From Raillietiella orientalis (lineage: Eukaryota), in assembly GCA_036172245.1 (NCBI GenBank), contig JAYWIR010000008.1:1426001-1490000 (forward strand): DNA of 64,000 nucleotides, in the 5' to 3' direction. Under the pieces are notes generated by a model. It did not search any database, was not told the origin of the DNA, and saw only the letters and a program-made list of their open reading frames with translations. Both the position numbers and the translations under genes were made by a program. Position 1 is the first letter of the stretch. Each line of letters starts with the position of its first letter. Below, piece by piece: positions 56,653 to 64,000 of the stretch.

Positions 56653-59286
56653 CCAGGAAAACTCACCATCGGATTGCGACACGCACGGAGGGAGGGGGGG
56701 CGGGAAGAGAGAGAGAGAGAGAAAGGAAGTGATGTTTTCCATGCAGACCACGTGATCTTTGCGTGCCGCTACTGCGGCCGAAGCGCACACGCAGAGACTC
56801 GGTTGTGGGTATTTGGACGCTGGGTGGACGCGCGGACGCAATCGACATGCAACAGATGGCGCCTTCGTGACGGACGCCATTCATCTTCTCGCCTTGCCAA
56901 CCGTCTCGGCGAGACAGCACGAGCGAAGTGAATTTTCAAGCACGCGACGACAACATTGGCGGCAGCAGCGACGCGCACTCGGGAAAGGCGGAACGACCGC
57001 GCAGCCGAAAAGAAAGAGCGGGAGGCAGCGTCGTTCTTGGTCGTCACGGGCAGCCAGCCTTCGTCCTACAGGAAAGTCTCCTCCGCCCGCTGCTGCTGCT
57101 GCCGCCGGAGGAGGGGAGAGTACACTTCCTCCCCGAAGGGATCCGAGCAGGAGACAAGCGCGGTCCACCGTCGGACCTCCAGGATGCATGAAATGGTGAT
57201 ACAAGCGCGTGAGGGCGGCGCGAGCTAATCGACGGAGACTCGGCGGCGGGGTGAGCGCAGAGGTGGCTCTGCGCGGAGGGGCCACCCGGGGAATGGAGGA
57301 AACCCTCCCTCCTTGCGCCTCGTCCCTTGCGGAGACCATCGCGGAGGACAGTGCCGACGGAAATTCGTGGTCTCAAATATTCTGAAAGCAAGGGATCCCC
57401 GGCGACCCCTCTTATCCTTCCCTTAGTTCAGCACCCAGTCGGAGGGGGACGCCTCGCTTAGCAGAACAAGCAGCGACGACGCCTCAGCCTCAAACCAAAC
57501 CCCGAAAATCTCGGGAAGACGTCCTGACCGAGGGAGCCGCCCCAGGGACCGATGATGACGATGACGGACTGCGCGCGCGCTGCTGTCGCCGCCGTTTCCG
57601 TCGGTGCCGCACGCGCGCAGCCTGCGCCCGGAACTATCTCGCCGATGCGTGCTTCAAATCTTCTCAGAGCGTGCTTCACGTACCATCAGGATGGCTGGCG
57701 GGAAGAAGGCCCTCTGGTACTTTCGTCACCTTGCATGGATCCTCAGACCCAGGATTCGCCTCCTGGGATGAGGCCGAAAGTGCACGGGCGCAGACCGCAG
57801 GCGAAATCATCACGCGGGGGGAAACTTCGAACACCACGGCATCCTTGGAAGCTGTCTTTGCTTGGGTTCCGACCCGTTGATGATGCAAGGAGAGGTTCCT
57901 TTCGGGTGCTCCATCGCACGCACGCACCGAAAGCGTACGTACGTGACGCTTTTTCTATTAATTTCGAGATGCGATTTTTCATTTTGCTTTTCCCCTCTCC
58001 TCCTCCACCCCCCCTCAGAAAAAAGAAAAGAAAAGAAACAAGAACAAAAAAAAAAAATAAAAATAAAAGAAGGAAAAACAGAGCGACAACTCTGAAAAAA
58101 CTTTGCCAGATCCAAACGCTGAATCCCTACGAAGGAGAAGCAAAAAGGTCACGCTCTTTTCTCAGGGGCGCCTCCAACCTTGGAAGACGCGCTGGTCCAC
58201 CACCAACGTCTCCGGGCAATAACTGCACAATGAGGCAGCAACACTTCCAAACATTTACGGAAAAGCGGAGGAACAAGCGTGGTCGCAAGGGGTGAAATGC
58301 ATGGAAATAAACTCTTCTCCATTCAATAAATAAATATATATTTTCGTTTGCGTATTGGTCAGCTCCGTCATCCGTTTACGAGTTGGTTATTCGGTGGCAT
58401 GCAACTTCCTCGAAGCAATTCCGCATCACCACAGGATGGCGACTGACAGTACCGTGAGACAAGAAAGTCGGAACAGAATGCTGCTGTCGTTTGTGTGTGA
58501 AGGGAGGGGGAGGCGGCAGGGGGGGAGCGGGGGGGGGGGGTAAACAAGATCACAGAGATACTCTTTGCTGCTTTCGGATGGATCGAATAACACCTGTAAG
58601 ATGTGGTGGAATGCTCCCTGATCAGCAAACGGAGTCTTCAAAGGCGTTTCATCACATCGCAAAGAATTCGCGGAGAGAATGCCGGCGGAAGCTGAGGGGG
58701 GGGGGGGGGGCAGGGAGGGGGGACGGGAACTGGCGAACGCAAAGGCCACGTGCAATTGTGAGAACACAATCACAGTTACTCTGAGAAGAACCAAAACGCG
58801 CCACCCAACTCGCCAGGTACTTTTTTTTTTTCTCTTCCATACATGCCATTCGTGTTCGAGGTTCATCAGAGAGAGAGATCAATGCAACCAAAGTGCACCT
58901 TCATCACAGTTCCTTTTCAGATTCTGTGGGGCCACACATAATCCGTATTTTTTATTCCTATGGAAAATGTGGTCATGCGACTAAGAAAGAGCGCTTATAT
59001 AAAATATTTTTGAATCAATTATCACAGTGGCTATCGTTTCAGAAGGCATCGCTGATACGACAGAACAAAAAGGTTTGGGAAACTTTGGGTCAGGGATTCC
59101 GTTTTTGAAAACTGCGAATCGTTAAGGAGAATGGATCGAGGAATCAGAGTGGATCGTAAACCTGCAATGGGGTTCTTCCCCCTACTCTGTACTGCACTTA
59201 GAACGTGTAATAAACTTTCAGTGGTAAGCTTCCACTGAATCAAGTAAAGGCCAGGGGCTCATCAGTTCGAATCGCTTCTTCCCTTT

Positions 59287-61866
59287 TCAAGAAGGAAAGA
59301 GTTTGTTCCTGGTACGATCGGGAGCCGTTTCTGGGAAGAGGCAACACCTTGAATCCAAGTTTTCCAACGTTCGAACATCAGGAAAGTTCAGTACACTACT
59401 CTGACTAGTAGGAAAGTGACTTCCTTCCCTGTGATAGCACAAACGGCAATTTTCTCTATCGGGAACCGCTGCACAGTGGCCTTCGTGTTGATTAGGACAC
59501 TCGGCCAAGTTTCCTTCGAAACAAATGTTGTTAGGTGGAAAAAGCTGCACATCGAAGCTGTTCCCAGCACTTTGGGAGCTACAGGTGCTACCATACTTCA
59601 AGATGCAGCTGCCATCTTTCTCTGGACGCTTGCACATTGCGTCTGCAGAGCACCTACCCATCACCTGTTCCGATGAAACACCAGAAGACAGTGCATCATA
59701 TCTGTTCCTCAAGGTGTGATAATAGATCTCTTCATAGATATGAGGCGGAATCAGTTCGAAGCACTGAGGAGGAAACATGGTACAGTTGTTGTCTCCAGAG
59801 TATTGCCCGATTTCGGGGACACACACACTTTTGTTCCCGGAAGGACGATGGTGGTGACAGCCACCACCCATCTGTTGGTCAATGATACATCCGTGCTCGG
59901 GGGGTATGTGGACTGCGGGATAATGCACAGAGCTCTCCACTCCAAGGGAACCCTTCTGAGGTATTAGCTTGCCTAGCATAGCGTTTTCTGCGCTGCATCC
60001 GCTAAACTTGGGTTCATGCAAACCAGAGTAGAATCTGCACGTCTCCTTGTGCCCACCGTAGCACTTGATAGTGTACGACGATCCACATGACTGACTCATT
60101 TGTGATGTGGCAGCCGAAGAAGAATCCAGAATTTCTTTCTTGCCGAAGAGCTCACTTCCATTGAACAGGCGAAGCAGACAGTCAAAGCCTTTATTCCGTC
60201 GGGTATTTTTATCAAGAGGGAAGAATCCAAGAGACCCGACAAACAAAAGCAAATATGCTAATAGTACTTCGAGGACACGGAGTGAGAACTGATATATCCA
60301 CCACGGCCACGGTCGCGGGTACACAGGTGGAATTTCCAGATTAACCACCTCAAAAATACCGTACAGCAACGTAAGGGATATCACAAATGCGAGTATCGAC
60401 GATGCCAAAGTAATATTAATAGCCATCGTCAACCTCGAATATGAGGGTGCGGGGCCAGGAGCTCCTAAATGGCTCGAAGCAAACTTTTTGAGAATCAAAT
60501 TGCGCTTCATACGGGAAATGCTTCTTCTAAGCTTTGGGTACATAAAACAGTAAACTGCTGCCAAGATGATGAACCACAGTATGAGGAGCAGATGGCAGAT
60601 CTTGGCCAGAACGATGGTTTTTGGAACCCAGAGTTGCAACACATTTCCAAGGACTGTTAGCACGACATACAGGGAACTGCTGATGATGAGTATCGGGGAA
60701 CAAAGCGTGCATCGATCCAAGAGCTGCACTTTGGTAACAGACAGCACAGAATGGAGAACCGTTGTGAAGGCAATCAGCAGGCATGGGAGACCCAGATTCA
60801 AGATAAACACGACCAGAGCATGTGAGCAGCTTCCTTTCAAATTGTACGCATCATGGAAGAACATGGCTGCACGTGCAATACCGAAAATGAATGTGATTGT
60901 ATTGAGCACTAGATACGTTGCACCTGTAACCAAACTGGATTCTGAACGGAACACCACATTATAAGCAGAGTACACTGACAGCAGCACAAATAATACTGCC
61001 ACGCTATACACGTGGAATTCCCATGCCACACCCCACTCTTTGATTGCTTCTTCGTATAGGGGCAGCTGATTCCAGTGAATCACTTTGCGTTCAGTGACAT
61101 TCAACTCGGCTGCGGGAGGCCTTTTCTTCTCAGAGTAAGAAACTGTGTCCGCCAGAACCCATTTCGGTTTGTCATGCTCCTTTTCGTATGCCACCTCGTT
61201 TGCATCCAAATAAGAAAACGTTCGTTCAGAATCACTTATTGCAACGTTTATTTTTGGAACAGTGATTCCTGCCACTGCTTCCGAGTACACAATGGGAGTT
61301 GGTAGGAATACGGGAAAATCTGCATGAATGCTTTGCTTATTATCAGCATTTAAGGATGGAAACAAGGCATGCACTGGTGCTTGGGTTTCCAATGGTTTCT
61401 GAGAAATGACCGGAGGCAACTCCTTGGGATCATCGTAAGCATTTACGGAAGCGTTCCTGATATCTTCTGACGAGGGTTCTCCAAGACTGTTTGCAGCATC
61501 TTTGACAAACCAATTTAAATCCGGAAAAGGGGTGAGGAACTGGGTGGGTCTCGAACTCGGTTTGAAATCGACGGAGTCCAGAGGAATTTTCTGGAAAACT
61601 TTTGGGGAGTTGATGAAGATCTTGTGTGTTGAAGAAGATGCATTTGGCAACGGCTCTTGCAACTCCGAAGATTTCAAAGGGGAATTCGAGTTGTTGCTAT
61701 CAAAGGCGACTTTGTTGAAGATGGCAGCAATACGATCTTCCAGATGAGACTGCTCTATTCCTGCTTCCCTGGGAACCCCAAGAAGACCGGAGGGAGAATC
61801 TTGCTGCTGTTTTATACACAAACATTCAAGTGTGACGAAAGCGAGAATAATGATCAAGGCTTTCAT
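59287..61866 (-). CDS. Proline-rich transmembrane protein 3/4-like multipass membrane protein (859 aa, single coding exon)
   Basis: Long intact ORF. Signal peptide MKALIIILAFVTLECLC, Pro/Ser-rich ectodomain, ~7 hydrophobic helices starting WGVAWEFHVYSVAVLFVLL and ending PWPWWIYQFSLRVLEV (motifs I recall from the PRRT3/PRRT4 family), then a Cys/His/Ser-rich tail. Confidence 0.8.
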   Translation of the reverse strand: MKALIIILAFVTLECLCIKQQQDSPSGLLGVPREAGIEQSHLEDRIAAIFNKVAFDSNNSNSPLKSSELQEPLPNASSSTHKIFINSPKVFQKIPLDSVDFKPSSRPTQFLTPFPDLNWFVKDAANSLGEPSSEDIRNASVNAYDDPKELPPVISQKPLETQAPVHALFPSLNADNKQSIHADFPVFLPTPIVYSEAVAGITVPKINVAISDSERTFSYLDANEVAYEKEHDKPKWVLADTVSYSEKKRPPAAELNVTERKVIHWNQLPLYEEAIKEWGVAWEFHVYSVAVLFVLLSVYSAYNVVFRSESSLVTGATYLVLNTITFIFGIARAAMFFHDAYNLKGSCSHALVVFILNLGLPCLLIAFTTVLHSVLSVTKVQLLDRCTLCSPILIISSSLYVVLTVLGNVLQLWVPKTIVLAKICHLLLILWFIILAAVYCFMYPKLRRSISRMKRNLILKKFASSHLGAPGPAPSYSRLTMAINITLASSILAFVISLTLLYGIFEVVNLEIPPVYPRPWPWWIYQFSLRVLEVLLAYLLLFVGSLGFFPLDKNTRRNKGFDCLLRLFNGSELFGKKEILDSSSAATSQMSQSCGSSYTIKCYGGHKETCRFYSGLHEPKFSGCSAENAMLGKLIPQKGSLGVESSVHYPAVHIPPEHGCIIDQQMGGGCHHHRPSGNKSVCVPEIGQYSGDNNCTMFPPQCFELIPPHIYEEIYYHTLRNRYDALSSGVSSEQVMGRCSADAMCKRPEKDGSCILKYGSTCSSQSAGNSFDVQLFPPNNICFEGNLAECPNQHEGHCAAVPDRENCRLCYHREGSHFPTSQSSVLNFPDVRTLENLDSRCCLFPETAPDRTRNKLFPS

Positions 61867-64000
61867 GATTTATTCTTAATCATCATTTCGCTGGAAGATG
61901 TAGCCTGGTGCCTCATCTTAATAAACAATCGTGTCAAACAAGCACAGTCGGGTCGAACTCATCTGCAGCCATGATCTCTAGGGAATCTGGAAAAAGATTT
62001 TTCTGATTACTCCTCCTCATCCGTGAATGCATTCGCATTTTTAAAGACAACGCAGACAACGCAAAACTGCCGTGACAGTAAGGAAAATCCGTGCATTTTC
62101 TCAAACGTAAACAGTCCTCGAAACGTAGATATTGAAAGCAACGAGGGTGTCGTTCCCACTTTTTCTTTTTCCTGCCAAGGCTGTAGTATCTCATGTGCGC
62201 CGTTCTTGGTCGGCAGCTCAAAGATCAGTTCAGTCCCTAGCAATCAACTGATGTGCATGCTTGTTTGGAGAGAGACTCAGCAATGCATTCTTTGGAATGA
62301 AACGGATGAGGGATGCTGAAAATAGGGGCTAATGTACGAAACATACATGGAAGAGTGTTGCGAGGTAATTTCTTGAATGCACTATAACAGGCGGCATGAA
62401 TAGAAAAACAGGGAATTGGAACCGCGGACAGTCTACTCTTAGAAATCAGCATTTGTTTGTCAGCAAATATGCCACTTTATCTCATGAAGCATAGATGACT
62501 TTCCTATCTATCTACTTGAAGATCCATTAGTACCTTTAAAAGAATACCAAAACTGACCAATTTAGCCATTGCATAAAGATACGAGGAGCAAATTTCTGAA
62601 ACAAACAAAGAAAGAAAGAAAGAAAAAAAAACCCAGTAAGATACTCACATATTTGCGCTTTTTACAACGTGTTTTCAAAAGCCCAGGAGAAAGTCTGATC
62701 GCAATCTAATCTGATACCACCATCTTGCGCTACACCAAAAACCTATCTACAGAAATCAACGCATTAGCATATCTGCGAAAAAGAAAAGAGTTGGGGTATT
62801 CTGGGCTAACAACTAATAATGACACGCAAGACTGACAAGCCACGGAAATTCGATGTTTGGGAAGAACAAGATTTATTTCTCCAGGGTAACTAAAAAAGGA
62901 AGAGAGAGAGAGAGAGAAAGAAGTTTCAGCAGCACGCTTCCAGATTTCAATAGGAAATGCAGTTTCTGGGTACATTAATCAATGAACATAAGTGATGAAA
63001 TTTATGATAAAATCTGCGCAAAGAATAATGAGAAACTGGTGTGGATTCCAATGAATGGAAACGAAACTTACGTTGAATGGGATTTCTTCGAATAAATTAG
63101 GGAAGTTACACAATGGTCTGTAAACGTATTAAGTGACGTTCTTGTGCATCTGTGGAATTTATCAGATACGAGCAGGAGGAAAAAAAAAAAAAAATTCACC
63201 GAGGCTTGTGATTCTAAACATCAGGACGAAAACCGAATTTAAAACTGCATCTATTCGAACAAGTGTCGAGAACCAATAATATCCACGTTAAAAGAAAATC
63301 GACTGCAAGGAAGAATTGGAAGATGCGAAGGAAAAAAAAAAAAAAAAAAGGTTGGAAAAAAGTACGAGGTCACATCCACGGAGCTGCGAAACGGTGGCAT
63401 TCGTGGAGACATCGCGTAAATGCAACGCAGCCAAAAGATTCGAAAGAGTAAACAAAAACACCGAGGTAAAGGTTCGCACAATGCGTGCTTTACACTGAAG
63501 ACATCAATACCTCTTAAGCAACTTCTGGCTGATTATTAAGATCAGAAGGGATCGTGTTGCCTCTGATTGCAAAAAGGATGGAACAAGTTGCACCAAGGAA
63601 GGGAATACAAATTAATTTTGCGCGGAGACAGGATTCAAGAGTGAATTCGTAAATTTGTCAGTACGAGATTGGATTCCCATTCTTCATTTGGACTGAAACA
63701 TCACTCCTCATTTCTAAACCTCTTAAAAGATTTGGGGAAGGGGGGAGAAAGAGAGAGAGAAAGGGGGGGGGAGGAAAGGGGAGGATAGGAAGAGTTTTTT
63801 TTCTTCTTTTTTTCCATTTTTACGCTGAGATGTTATGTAAAAAATAGGAAAAATCAACTGCAGCAACAATGAATTTTAAGTCTCATGAGATATGAGTTCA
63901 CTAATTGCGATAGGGAAACCATTAACCATCCCATTTCTTATTCTTTGATGCCCTGGCCAATTACATGCGAGGCCTCAAAGGAAGAAGAAGAAGAAGAAGA

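Noticed and set aside
54253..58295. Long ORFs of 200-320 aa on both strands
   Set aside because: Low-complexity translations of GC-rich sequence and homopolymer runs, with no codon or domain support.

Overview
Eukaryotic (metazoan, probably invertebrate) genomic DNA with mostly tiny GT-AG introns (~38-60 nt) and sharp kb-scale GC/CpG mosaicism. Five genes can be reconstructed by hand: MCM3 (-, 3' end runs off the window), a collagen prolyl 4-hydroxylase alpha subunit (+), SCYL3/PACE-1 pseudokinase (-), VMP1 (+) and an intronless PRRT3/PRRT4-like multipass membrane protein (-). Between them lie decayed Ty3/Gypsy remnants, two copies of a hAT-type MITE, a ~300-bp inverted duplication, a 28S rRNA fragment and several near-perfect hairpins. 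Most notable: (1) an upstream exon encoding most of a SAP domain splices in frame onto the first VMP1 exon, and the SAP motif is completed across the junction, predicting a SAP-VMP1 fusion; (2) a ~370-nt hairpin-dense segment on the minus strand, ending in a hairpin plus TTTT, is a candidate structured ncRNA that I cannot assign to a known family; (3) a strong 5'-to-3' GC3 switch inside the P4HA gene. All calls come from manual reading and remembered family motifs; no searches were run.
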